Below, piece after piece: positions 36,721 through 47,659 of a stretch of 64,000 nt of DNA (position 1 is its first letter; every line of letters begins with the position of its first letter). Source of the stretch: Octopus sinensis (lineage: Eukaryota); contig NC_043016.1 of the NCBI RefSeq assembly GCF_006345805.1, forward strand, positions 22,320,001 to 22,384,000, read 5' to 3'. Under the pieces are notes generated by a model, which was given only the letters and a program-made list of their open reading frames with translations, did not search any database and was not told where the DNA came from. Position numbers and translations under genes: made by a program.

Positions 36721-39700
36721 TGAAAAAAGGCATGAGGAAATAACTAACCAAAAAGAAAAAAAAAACGTTTTAACCTAAGCAACAAGACGTTTTAAAGCCT
36801 GTCTCTCTTCTTACTGCTTGTGAGTGACTGAAGCTACAGTGATGCAGGTACCTTTGTGTAGCTGAAATGGTCTGAACATTGCCAGATATTTATTTTTCCA
36901 AATTACACCTTTTAGATATACAGTTATAGGCTATTATGGTAATGATAAAAGACAATAGTTAAATTCTGAGATAATGGTAAAATGCAATGATCGATTTTGT
37001 GAAGAAACTCTGTGAAATGGTAATTTCTTTGTAATTTTTGAAATCAGCAGGTAAAAATTGATCAATATCACTCAATAAATGTAAAACAATGTTATGGATA
37101 ACTTGTGTTATGGATTGAAGGCTTATGTGATATTAATTTTGAAGACATAGCATCATTTCTCTTGTCCAGTTTTAAATTTGAAAGTGAAATATATCCTTTG
37201 ATTATATTTAATTTCATGTTTCTAATATTTTATAGGATGAATTATTAAAGGACTTAGAAGAAATCCATGCTGCTCAAGAAATGTCTATAATAGAAATGTG
37301 TCATAATGTTGGGAAGAAAATTGAGAAGATAGAAGATGGAAGTAAATTTGCAGAACGTGTTATGAAAAATGGGAACAGCTATCAAATACTCATGTTACAT
37401 AAAGTCATTGTCAATCAGATGCTATATCTTTTTAACAACAATCCAAAGCCAGATTTGAATAGAACTATTGAGTTCAAGACAAATGACATTGTATTTACTG
37501 AAGCCATCCGAAAAACATTTGGTTCCATTCAGCTGGTGAATGCAAATGACCCAAAGGTCCTATATTATTTGTTTTTAAATTGACTTATAATAGTGTTTTA
37601 TGATTTTGTTTTCAGTATTTAAGTTAGAAATAAGTATCGTAGATAATAATTCAGTTTAAAATGTGCATGAAACAGTTTTTGCGAGCAGAACTAACTCTAG
37701 CATTCATAATATTAATAAATACATGGGTTAATTTATTAATATTGTAATAACGAAAGTAAAACGTTGATTTAATATCCAGCCCCACCCCAGCCAAATAGTT
37801 CCCCAACTTCTTGGCTCTTTAGCTCCCAATACCTCCACTCTGTAATTATACATAGAATGTATACACACCTCTTCCTTATTAAGTATGCTGCAAATTTAAA
37901 ACAATATTATAGCAAACCAATTTATTTAGCAATATGAAAGGAAATATTTACATTTTATTTGTATCTACATTGTCTTTACACTTTTTTATGAAATGAGTGT
38001 ACTTAGTGAGGGACACAGACTTTTTAGTATCAAATGGGAAGGCACTAATAAGTTGTCTTGAATCTCTAGGTTAAATAATTATCAGTTTCTTTCTCTTCTT
38101 GGAAATCACTGGACAATGCATTGAAGTTCAGTTTACTAAATATGATGTTGGGAAAGTAATTAAGCACATCTTAACTTAGTTCCAGAGGGTAAGTTACTGA
38201 TGAGAAATGTATTTTTGTAACCAAAAATCTAAGTTTAACTTTTTAGGAGTATAAGGAGTATAATTTTATGTCCATTTCTGCTTTCTCATTCCTTGTATCT
38301 CGGAGTGGGGTTGAATAGCCAGTCTGCTATTGTAAGAAAAGAAAATCTGTCTGACACATTCCTGTGCAGCTTATTCAGATATACCCAATATAAGTTAAAG
38401 GTCTCCTTCAGCAATTCAGAATTTTGAAAACTATTAGAGCTCACAGTGGAATCAGAAATGTGAAAAAGTTGATTTAACTTTTAAGTTGAGCTGATTCATT
38501 TCAGAAAACTTAGTGGTGAGGAAACACTGATAACAATTTTAAAAACTGGATAGAAAAATTTAATTTAATTAGTGTTGTACTTTTAATTCCATGCAGGTAA
38601 TGTCTGATGGTGTCACAGTAGACTCTATCCTATACAATTATAGGCCTTTTTGTAGTCTCTTGTGATGATGACTATTAACACAAAAACTTGTCAATTTTCC
38701 TTTTTAATATTGTATTTAATATTCAACTCCTTCAAATTAAGAAATCACTCTTCTACTCTGTGGGAGATTGAGGTATTTTGCTTTCTGTTAAAATCTTCAG
38801 ATTTTCCAAATCCCACTTAAAATATATATAGCATGTATATGTGTATTTATAAAATTGTTAATGTTCTTACATGCATAAATAAAAATAAATAGGCACGACC
38901 ATAAAAATTTCACTTTCAACTGTATGGTTTTAGGTTTAGTCCTGGGGCAAGTGTTTCTTTTTACTACTGCAGCTCTTGACTGACCAAAGCTTTAAAAGTA
39001 TTTGGTACACAGAGACTGAAAGATTGTGTGAATAATAATAATATATATAAGTTGTCTGTCTTTACATTTGCACTTCTCTGAAAATTACAAGCTACTTGTG
39101 GCAATGTTAGTGTCATTTCTCGGAGATCAAAATATATATGCTTGCTTGGCACCTTCAACAACATCAAATATATTCCCTTACTTGAGAAACAGGTAAGGGT
39201 TAGCAATAGGGAGACTAACTGATAGTAAAACAACACTCAGGTAATATATTCATCTAGCACATCCAGCATAGAAAAATGGATGTAAAAGTGAACGAATGAA
39301 TAAACTGTCTGCTTCTACAGAGTTAGCCCTACTGACCCCTTTTACCACCAATTTTAGGAGAAACTAGTTGAAACTGATAGCTCTTTTATAGTGACTCTAT
39401 TTGGTGAATATGAGTGTGATGCAGACACACCAATCTTTGTCAAGCAACATGATGCTTGTGCAATATATGTGCAGTTTCCCTCTACCAGATTCACTTAAAA
39501 GGCATTGATTGGCACAGAGCTATAATAGAAGATACTTGCCTAATGTTTCATGCAGTGGGGACTGGGCCCAAAACCATGTGGTCATGAAGCCAACTTCTTA
39601 ACTGTACAACCATGTGTAAGCATATATTTTCTCTATATATCAAATCGACATTAATAATGTTATTTTATTTCGATTTCTTTACAGATTGAAAATCCAATAT

Positions 39701-42700
39701 CATCTCTTCATTCATCATTTGAACATGAAGGCTTCAGTCTGCCCACTGGTGTACTGAGTCCGGAGTTGCCTCAAGTATCTACTTCAGAATTTTCCAATAT
39801 GCATGCAGTTACACCAGTACCTATTACTGGGGGATCTCATTTTAGTTCATTGCACATGTCATCATCTGATTCTTCCCCAATGGGAGTTGCAATCACTGGT
39901 GCACACAACATTCCTGAAAACAGCCTGTCACGTAGCTCTCACAGTCCTGCTATGTCCGATAGCGGCATTTCAGTTGATGCTGCTAGTACTAATAGTGCAC
40001 CAAGTGCCCCACTTTACCATGATATGACAAAACTAGGACGAGGTAAGCATTGATGTTTTTTTTTTTTTTTTTAAATTTCTTGTCTGATTTACTGAAATGT
40101 GAAGATTAAAAAGTGAATACTTAACTTTGTTTTTCATTTGTAAAATACTAATTTTTGCATTGAAGTATTGATGTGTGAATATGCTCTAGTATATATAAAT
40201 ACATTAGACTTCAGTAGATTGAAAGATAAATTGTTTGGCTCTTGTAGGTGCTCTCTTTGTCACCTAACTGCTTTAATTTTACTATAGAGTCATAGAACAT
40301 ATCTTCAACATTAACAAAAATGTGTCTAATAATGTAACACAAAGGTATTCAGCTATTTTGCCTGTACCTCTGTGCAACCTATTATTTCCAGCTTCTTGTG
40401 TTATTTGAAAATATGTACCATCAATTTTAATATTGTAAATTTCTAAATGTACAAAAAATATCCCACCCTTGGAAAAATGTCATAACTAAATTGCTAATGT
40501 TTTGTGTCATACCTGTCCATCTTTATACTTGTTTGTGCTTAGTCATATATTGGCATAAGAGCATTCTCCAGTGCTGGTTAACTGGCAAGCTATTCATAAT
40601 TACTCTGGAGCACACACATCTTTTTTGTGATGGCTACATGAAGCTATTCATAATTACTGTGGAGTTCATATTTCTATATTTTCATCTATACAACAACTAT
40701 TCATAATCACTTTGGAGTACACAGCCTTTTTAGGGTTGGCTCTACACAACTATCTAATTCCTTTTCATGTCTTGTAACAGGATATTTTTAAAGAATTTTT
40801 TTTATGTTAAAATCGATTAAAAAAAGTTTTTTGTTTTTGTTTAGGACAACTCTCTTTGAATGAACACATTGTTTCTGGATTGAACATAACTGTAAATGGA
40901 CTAACTACTTCTGGAAGTAGGACTGAAACGCCAGTTTCTCAAACTGATTCCACTCTTGCCAATATACTTAGTCCAACTGCTACAACTTCACCTCTTCCAA
41001 CCACAAATTTATCAAATATAGATACACTAGTGGGATTTTTAAATCAGACGCCATCAACAAACATGATCAACAACTTGGGAAATTTAGGAAGCTTAAGTGG
41101 ACTTGGTAACATGGGGATAATGAATTCACTCACCAATATAAATTCAACTTCTACATCAGGTCTGTTGCTAACTTTTTTGTATATTTTATAATTAAATTCT
41201 TTACTGTTTTGTTTTATTTCTAAAAGTGACAAATCATATGAAAATTAAAACCCAGTTATACAGTGTAGCTTTCACTAAATCCCAAATTTTACAAGATAGG
41301 TTTAAGTAGAATCCTAAAACTATTTCATTAGTTTAAATTTAACATTGGTATCTCTTCGTTATTTCTGAATTGTTCAAATAGGTTGAACCAGTTTATTTAT
41401 GATTTGAAGCTTTCTTTATAAAGCAGAGCAATGAAGATAAAAATAGGAGTTAAGTGTTAGAATAAAGTGAATATCATATTGTTAGTGTGAGAAAACAAGG
41501 AGTTTGACAGCTTTATCAGAATTGATTCTGAAGATAATTAAACCCAAAATTAGAATTTTTTTTATATCTAATTTGTCTGGCACAATTTTTATCATTCGAG
41601 ACATTTGGTTTGCATTCTTTAGGCCAAAATTGGTAGTTTCACTCCAGTTCTGATATTATGTAATATGTGAAAATGTATTATGTAAATATGTGAATCAAAT
41701 GATTGTAAGGTAAAGGGAGGATTGTAGAGGACTGGTTTCAAGAAATGGAACTGGGTAGGTTGGTTGAGTGAGAGGCTAATATCCTATGGTCTACTACAAA
41801 AACTGACCAAAGAAAGCAGGAAACATTGTGAGCATGCATGGAATAATTGCTTTTATCTTGGATGCATGACATTCAGTTACTTTCAATTTTTTTTTTTGTT
41901 GGTTAAAAAAGATGGGAAAAATTTTACTTAGTTGGAATATGAAGTGGCTTCGCTTGAAAAATTTAAGAAACAAAATGAAGTATGCTTGCTGTGTAGCTAA
42001 GATAATATGATGATTATAAGCCCTTTTGTGTGAAATGACTTCCTCATACTATTTCTCTTTGCAACATGCAACCATTATACTTTAATATTGGCTTCAAATT
42101 TTAACACAAGGCCAGCAATTTCAGGGTGGTGGGTAAGTCGATTACATTGACCCCTGTGGTTAACTGGTACTTCTTTTATTGACCATAGAAGGATGAAACG
42201 CAAAGTTGATTTCAGCAGCATTTGAGTTCAGAACATAGAGACAGGTTAAATGCTAAGTGTTTTACCCAGCGTGCTAATGATTCTGCCAGCTCGCTGCCTT
42301 GACCATTATACTTTAATATTACGAGTTCATCTAGCACTCAGCATTTCTACATTCATTGGTATTATTTGTGTCAATATTATCAATTCTAAGGTAGTGAGCT
42401 GGCAGAATTGTCACTGTGCTGGAAAATATGCAAAGCAACATTTCTTCTGACTTGACATTCTGAGTTCAAATTTTGATAGGATCAACTATACTCTTTGTCC
42501 TTTTGTGGTTGATAAAATAAGTACCAGCTGAACACTAGGTTGGTATTATTGACTTGCACCTTTCCACAAAATTGGTGGCCTTATGCTAAGATTTGAAACC
42601 ATTTTTGTTTAAATTTCCATTCAGAATATATTTTGCAACAATTTAAAGGAAAATGTTCCTGAAATTTTTTCTCTTTCTAGGATCAATATCAAATACTTCT

Positions 42701-45700
42701 AGTGCATCTAGTAATAATTTTCCTACAAATATATCTCCACCATATCCTCCTATTCGCAGAAGTAACAAAATGAGCCCTATGCAAATAAGGTACGTCTTTT
42801 TTTTTTTAAAAATTCCTTGGAGAATGTGCATTTATTGAATTTTTTTTACATACAAGAAAGAAAAAAAAATTGAAAGAATAAGTGTATATAAGATCTTAGT
42901 AATTTAACATCAGCTTGACCTTTTTGTTTTATATATTACTTTGCAACATGGAAAAGAGGATGTTAAAATGATGATGTTAGTTTAGACAAATTATCTTAAT
43001 TACTCAACATTCAGTTTAAGGAACCGTCAATAATTTTAATTACTAATTTGACTTTTATCTGTATTCCAGTTTTGGCTTGATGATGAAAGTTAATATCCTG
43101 GGTATGATTTTAAATAGCACCAGGTGCCAGGGTCTAAGGTTGAGAAATCCTAAATATTGAAAAAAATGCAGTTACTTTTTAACAACCATGACTCTCAGAA
43201 CATTTTGGATGAGGATCTGAAGCTCCTGCAACAGTTGCAGAATAAACTGTATTACAAAATGATTTCAATCCAGTATAGTCCTTGATTAAGCAGTACTCTA
43301 TAACTAGCTAGGGTTAGTTAGTAATTGCTGCTTTACAGGAGGAACCTTAGAGTCTAAAAGCTACAGGGAAAACATAAAGACAATAGAAGCTGCTGCCTTG
43401 TAGATTATGGCCATTAAAGGCCAAAGGATCAGCTCCAACAAAGCAGGTTTGCTGAAGTTGTATCCTCAATATAACTATCAGCAAATGGAAAAGATGTGAT
43501 GACACCAGAATCAGTTCCTGAATTGATGTCATCAGCCTTTGAGTCAGCATTGGTTCCCGATAATTATGATACAATATTTTTAAATCCTCAAAGACTGCCC
43601 AAACCTGATGTAGATCTAGATGCTGCAGTCATAGTCTTCTAGTGTAAATGTACTTTATTGTCAACATTTTCAATATGAGGATGCTGACCAAGAAGGAAGA
43701 ACTTGTGTGTATAGCATTTGGCATCATAAATCTGCAGGATTGCCAAAACGTGATGAGCCATTTATGCAGGATACATTTTAGAGATGCAGCTTTTAGAACC
43801 ATTCAGGTAAACTCTAGACATAGCCATCATTATAACAGCTGTGCTCAAGTGGACTATATCTTAGCTAGAAAAAAATGGATTAACATCAAAAATACATGTG
43901 AATAGAACAATTTCGAGGGCTTTATATCTTAGCATGGAATTGTTTTATGTTACTGCAAGAAGAACACCAGTTCCTATGAAACAAATTGAGTGGGGAATGA
44001 TATCAGTGTTGCTCAACTATATGAGGAGTTTACTGTTGTAGTACACAACAGGTTCATCACACTCTGTGACAGGCTTGAAGACAAATATTGCAGTGCTGTG
44101 TATGACACTCAAATTGCAGTCAATGGACACACAGCACTGCAGTTGCTTCCAAAAAAGAAAGTGAAGACACTTTTGCTTTTAAAGCAACAGTAACAAGGGC
44201 CAGAGAGAGAAAGTAGTCCGAGACCTCAGTTTTAGGTCCACTTGGAATACTGAAATGCTAAGTTGCACTTGATGTGTACATAGAAGCATTAATTAAAATC
44301 ACACATTATGTCCAAAGGTGAAGCTCTTGACAACTTCCACAAGAACAAGCATGTTGCTGCCTATGCAGCTCTGAGGGAATTTAATGAGAGCATCTCCAGT
44401 GATCTGCATTGTGGGAGAAACTTTCCAACTTTCGAAACAAAACATTTTAAGGAATTCTAGAATTCTGTTGCTTTTGTGTTATGCTATTCACATTTCTAAT
44501 AAGTCCAGTACTTTATGTTGGAGGTGGTAATAACATGGTTTCTTATATTTTCTTTTGTTTTTTTTCTGTAGGTGCAAATTTGGGCAGTTGGGGCCTGGCA
44601 AAGGACAGTTTAATTCTCCTCATGGCTTCTGTTTGGGTCTTGAAGAAGACATTATTGTTGCTGATACAAACAATCATCGTATACAAGTTTTTGAAAAAAA
44701 TGGAGAATTTAAGTACCAGTTTGGAATACCAGGTATAGCTTAATACTTTTTATCAGTTGAATATGATTAAGTAACTTGACATTTAGATGCCACTATATGA
44801 TTTATTTTTCTTCAATGCTTCCAGGAAGAGATGAAGGTCAGCTTTGGTACCCGAGGAAAGTTGCTGTCATGAGAAATACTGGAAAATATGTTGTTTGTGA
44901 CAGAGGAAATGAAAGATCCCGTATGCAAATTTTCACTAAAAATGGACACTTTATCAGGAAAATTGCCATCCGTTACATTGACATTGTTGCTGGTTTAGCA
45001 ATTACTCAACAAGGTAAAATTTTTGTTATTGTCTTGTTTTTATATTTTGTATATATCAATACAATTTTCTTTTATTTTTATTCAATATAAAATTATTAAA
45101 AGGTATCTGTTATATACTCAGTTGATTCAGTTAATTACATCAGAAAAAGCGCTGTTATTAATTGAAATTAATTTGATGTTTATTTAAATTGATATTGAGG
45201 ATGGAGGAGATTAACCAAAAATTTGGAGAACATCATCATCATCTAATAATGTCTATCTTCTATGTTGTCATGAGTCACTCAATTTGACAGGAGCAGCTGG
45301 CAAGTTGCACAAGCTTCTTTGTCTGCTTTGGCTTGGTTTTTGCAGCTGGATGCCCTCCCTATGTCAACCACTTTACAAAGTATGCTTGGTACTTTTTATG
45401 TGGCAACAGTACCAGCAAGGTCACCAAATAACTTGCAAGTCAAAGATCCCTCAGTTAAGAGGGAGAGTAGAAGTAAGTGAGGTGGCTTTGTGCTAGGTGA
45501 TGATAGGTTAAACTATGATAAAGAGACAGAAACATGTGTCTTGCTGTAAAGGAGATAGTTGGTTACCCCAGTCGGAGAGATAGAGATGGTGATGTGCTCA
45601 ACTGAGAGAGGGAGTGTAACTGAGGGAAGTGGCTGTGTGCCAGGTGAGGGGTTAAAGTATAATAGAAGAATAAAGATAGGTGTCTTACTATAGAGATATT

Positions 45701-47174
45701 TGACCAGTAGGTAAAGTAAGGGGTGATTAAGTATGATTATAAGGAAAAGAAAAAAGGAAAGAATTAGAGAAGCATAAAGAGAGGAAGAGAAATAAGGGAT
45801 CATGGTATATACATGTGTATTAATTTTCACACATACACACACAGAGAATCTTAGTCTGCATTCAATATTTTTGCAGCCACTACTATGCTCCTTAGTTTTG
45901 ACCAAATGTAAATGTTAAGTTTATTGTAAATGACCAGCGCTTCCCTATCTTTTTATATAATAGAAAATTGGTTGGGGAAAAAAAAAAACTTCAATAAAAT
46001 GTATTTAACTGTAGAATAACACAGAACTGCTACTTTTAAGCAGTATAGTTTCTTAATTTTTATATTTTTGTTTTAATTACACTTAAAAGATTTCAATAAA
46101 ATGAAGGTAATTTTGTAAACCTCTTCAAAATTGGTGGAGTATAAAAGAATTTATGGTGTAAAAATGTGGTCAAATTTCAATAAAAACGACCCAAAGTTGT
46201 GCTTCCTCCTTAGATGAGCACATTTCTTTATGCCTGTATTAACTTGGCTTTGGTTGGGAAAAAATGAGAGGAAAGTAGTTAAAAATATTTTAATTTTGAA
46301 AGATAGGTTACATCTCCTTTATTAATGAGTGTTTGCTATTGCCTCCCATCATTCACATAATGAGAATGATTCTGAAATTTAGATTTCTATTATATGTTTT
46401 GTATTTATGTTACTATTCTATTAGTTAATATGTTTGATATTTTATTTAGGTCACATTGTTGCTGTGGACAGTGTCTCGCCAACGGTGTTTTGTATTGCTG
46501 AAACTGGAGACCTGATTAAATGGTTTGACTGCAGTGATTATATGCGTGAACCATCTGACATTGCTATTAGTGGAAAAGAATATTTTGTCTGTGATTTCAA
46601 GGTAATTATATATTGTTACTATAGTTTCCTAAAATTTTAGCATTAATTAATGTAATTTTTATGATGGTTTGTTTCTACAAAAATAGTTTTCTAATTTAAT
46701 CCCAATTGACATTGTTATTTATCATTGAACAAACAGAACTCTCAATAAGAGCTAAGTTGACTAATTTGAATGATAGTATAGATTTTTATTAAACCTTGTC
46801 TTAATACAAATTGTTGTACTGGGATGGTATTTTAATCTAAATTGCAATTTATGTTCTATTTGTAGGGACACTGTGTTGTTGTATTCAATGAGGAAGGGCA
46901 GTTTTTGAGACGTATCGGATGTGAAAGTATCACAAATTACCCGAATGGAATTGACATCAGTGATGCTGGAGATGTTTTGGTTGGAGACAGTCATGGTAAC
47001 CGCTTTCATGTTGCTGTATTCCAATCTGATGGGTCTCTTATAGGAGAATTTGAGTGTCCTTATGTCAAAGTTAGTCGTTGTTGTGGTCTCAATATAACAT
47101 CTGAAGGTTATATAGTTACACTTGCTAAAAACAACCATCATGTTCTTGTTCTAGACACTTTATATATTACATAG
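19716..47174 (+). CDS. mei-P26: TRIM-NHL protein, Mei-P26/NHL-2 orthologue; join of 11 coding exons, 2724 nt, about 907 aa
   Basis: Exons 19716-20153, 21710-21820, 23969-24229, 37236-37556, 39685-40042, 40845-41159, 42681-42789, 44572-44732, 44825-45013, 46450-46601 and 46866-47174 all have GT-AG boundaries and compatible phases. Domains: C3HC4 RING, 2 B-boxes, coiled coil and NHL repeats ([80 protein letters not shown]), matching my recollection of Drosophila Mei-P26. Confidence 0.9.
20895..21032 (-). mobile_element. SINE family A, decayed 5' part
   Basis: Similar to 48520-48660, with CpGs decayed. Confidence 0.6.
21363..21614. mobile_element. Fold-back MITE with about 70-bp TIRs
   Basis: 21363-21431 is a near-perfect reverse complement of 21543-21614 (one small indel region, few substitutions); 111-bp spacer. 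Confidence 0.75.
21710..21820 (+). CDS. mei-P26: Coding exon 2: start of B-box 2
   Basis: TTTAAG|GTT...; [37 protein letters not shown]; donor CAG|GTATGT; phase 0-0. Confidence 0.9.
23969..24229 (+). CDS. mei-P26: Coding exon 3: end of B-box 2 and coiled coil
   Basis: TTGCAG|GAA; [17 protein letters not shown]...ALENRR; donor AGG|GTAAGT. Confidence 0.92.
25013..25537 (+). mobile_element. Internally deleted mariner-type DNA transposon
   Basis: [20 protein letters not shown] and C-terminal EGCYFEGD; imperfect TIRs ...AAAAAGTATCGGG / CCTGATACTTTTT.... Confidence 0.7.
25585..26068 (-). mobile_element. Penelope pseudo-LTR-like non-coding element with hammerhead; partial tandem (about 1.2 units of a 385-398-nt monomer)
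   Basis: Direct repeat 25585-25682 vs 25983-26068 (13-nt indel); tail motif CCTGAGTGTCCAATAATAC is related to the PLE tail at 4605-4625; 3' end abuts (TA)n. Confidence 0.75.
25690..25724 (-). ncRNA. Minimal type I hammerhead ribozyme
   Basis: Minus strand reads GTTT-CTGACGA-A-GAG-CTCCA-CTC-GAAAC-GTA-AAAC: helix I GTTT/AAAC, 3-bp helix II, loopless palindromic helix III ACGT, GUA cleavage triplet. Confidence 0.75.
26370..29250 (-). mobile_element. RTE-clade LINE, old rearranged copy including the APE endonuclease
   Basis: APE motifs [32 protein letters not shown] and SQIDF (28550-29032); RT fragments QFGFVP and GVH..LSPLLFII..YAD; many deletions and frameshifts. Confidence 0.88.
29554..29904. 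repeat. Partial tandem duplication: two about 120-bp copies with a 230-bp period
   Basis: 29554-29673 vs 29784-29904 share TAGGTGGGCAG, GGAAATTGCAGGTATGA and CCACCAGTGAGGGA. Confidence 0.75.
30345..31925 (-). mobile_element. RTE-clade LINE 3' relic with long 3' UTR
   Basis: [34 protein letters not shown]; two copies of the GATGCCCTTCC..CCAC 3' UTR motif. Confidence 0.8.
32030..32243 (+). mobile_element. SINE family A, decayed 3' half
   Basis: Similar to 16230-16420. Confidence 0.6.
32980..33570 (+). mobile_element. CR1-like LINE relic, heavily deleted
   Basis: DFNFPN (APE) and [55 protein letters not shown], typical of CR1 ORF2 C-termini. Confidence 0.65.
33907..34590. mobile_element. Fold-back element with about 250-bp inverted arms
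   Basis: 33907-34166 is the reverse complement of 34349-34590; the inner 95 bp have only about 7 mismatches; 182-bp spacer. Confidence 0.8.
35252..35470 (+). mobile_element. tRNA-derived SINE family B (central domain resembling Deu/Nin-type SINEs), young copy
   Basis: Box A-like GGCGAGCTGGCAGAA, box B-like GAGTTCAAATTCC, and GCCTTTCATCCTTTCGGGGTCGATAAATTAAGTACCAG; CpGs largely retained. Confidence 0.8.
36213..36324. repeat. Compound (TC)n(TA)n microsatellite
   Basis: Read directly. Confidence 0.9.
37236..37556 (+). CDS. mei-P26: Coding exon 4: coiled coil (alternative donor at 37535 possible)
   Basis: TTATAG|GAT; [15 protein letters not shown]...[15 protein letters not shown]; donors CTG|GTGAAT (37535) or AAG|GTCCTA (37556), both phase 0. 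Confidence 0.82.
39470..39615 (-). mobile_element. SINE family A, decayed 5' part
   Basis: Similar to 48530-48660. Confidence 0.5.
39685..40042 (+). CDS. mei-P26: Coding exon 5: Ser-rich linker
   Basis: TTACAG|ATT; open frame [11 protein letters not shown]...MTKLGR; donor CGAG|GTAAGC; phase 0-1. Confidence 0.82.
40587..40760. repeat. Degenerate minisatellite, 53-54-bp unit, about 3.3 copies
   Basis: CTATTCATAAT(T/C)ACT.TGGAG recurs at about 40590, 40644 and 40697, with a partial copy at about 40750. Confidence 0.7.
40845..41159 (+). CDS. mei-P26: Coding exon 6: Thr/Asn/Ser-rich linker (alternative donor at 41105 possible)
   Basis: TTTTAG|GA; [11 protein letters not shown]...TNINSTSTS; donors TTG|GTAACA (41105) or CAG|GTCTGT (41159), both phase 1. 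Confidence 0.72.
42090..42301 (-). mobile_element. SINE family B with a perfect 19-bp TSD
   Basis: ACCATTATACTTTAATATT at 42071-89 and 42302-20 flanks the element. Confidence 0.85.
42388..42600 (+). mobile_element. SINE family B, decayed
   Basis: AAGGTAGTGAGCTGGCAGAA...TTCTGAGTTCAAAT...GATAAAATAAGTACCAG. Confidence 0.7.
42681..42789 (+). CDS. mei-P26: Coding exon 7: pre-NHL segment
   Basis: TTCTAG|GA; SISNTSS...[15 protein letters not shown]; donor AAG|GTACGT; phase 1-2 joins in frame to CKFGQLG. Confidence 0.85.
43650..44400 (+). mobile_element. Ancient non-LTR retrotransposon relic (APE end and linker)
   Basis: [15 protein letters not shown] resembles the APE C-terminal Q.DYIL motif; LQLLPKKK follows. 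Confidence 0.4.
44572..44732 (+). CDS. mei-P26: Coding exon 8: NHL repeat 1
   Basis: CTGTAG|G; [40 protein letters not shown]; donor CAG|GTATAG. Confidence 0.95.
44825..45013 (+). CDS. mei-P26: Coding exon 9: NHL repeats 2-3
   Basis: TTCCAG|GA after a 92-nt intron; [14 protein letters not shown]...[12 protein letters not shown]; donor AAG|GTAAAA. Confidence 0.95.
45230..45500 (-). mobile_element. RTE 3' UTR relic
   Basis: (CAT)n at 45231-42 and GCAGCTGGATGCCCTCCC..CAACCAC motif. Confidence 0.55.
46450..46601 (+). CDS. mei-P26: Coding exon 10: NHL repeats 3-4
   Basis: ATTTAG|GT; [13 protein letters not shown]...[20 protein letters not shown]; donor AAG|GTAATT. Confidence 0.95.
46866..47174 (+). 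CDS. mei-P26: Coding exon 11: NHL repeats 4-6 and stop
   Basis: TTGTAG|GGA; [18 protein letters not shown]...[15 protein letters not shown] at 47172-74. Confidence 0.95.
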   Translation, partial: GHCVVVFNEEGQFLRRIGCESITNYPNGIDISDAGDVLVGDSHGNRFHVAVFQSDGSLIGEFECPYVKVSRCCGLNITSEGYIVTLAKNNHHVLVLDTLYIT

Positions 47175-47653
47175 ATCTATATTTCGTTACTTTTTCCCAT
47201 GTTTATTTACAGATTTCAGTTATGCTAATTGATCTTGGTACTGCTGATCTTCAGCACTAGTATTTTGTTTTCAAGCGCTGTTTTGAGAACTGTCAAATCA
47301 GTGTTATGTATTTTTGCCTCTGAATTAATGCTGTCACTATTTAAATTGTTCTGTGGTGGCTTTTTGCTCTTAAAAGCAGTACCAAAGTTAACTTGAAAGA
47401 TCACATTAAATTTGTACATTTCGAAGAAAATATATTTTCCTCCCAGTATTGACTTATTTGTATTTTACTTTTTCTTCCCTTATTTTTGCTTGTATCTGTT
47501 TCCCTCCATTTTAGACATTTTTGAATTTATTTTTAATCGGTGTATTTGAATGTTACTCTGTATTTTAAATCCATATAGATTTTTGCAAATTTGGTTTAGC
47601 TATATATATTTAGAAATTGTGTTACATCTTTTTACCTCTTGATATTAAATGTA

Positions 47654-47659
47654 AATAAA
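47654..47659 (+). terminator. Candidate proximal polyadenylation signal
   Basis: First AATAAA I found after the stop (about 480 nt downstream), with T-rich sequence following. Confidence 0.35.

Noticed and set aside
40587-40760. CRISPR-like repeat-spacer array
   Set aside because: Eukaryotic context, only about 3 units, alignable spacers, and no cas genes.
19716-47174. Calling the gene brat (brain tumor)
   Set aside because: An intact N-terminal RING is present, and the NHL sequence ([23 protein letters not shown]) matches Mei-P26/NHL-2 rather than Brat (FTEPSGVAV).
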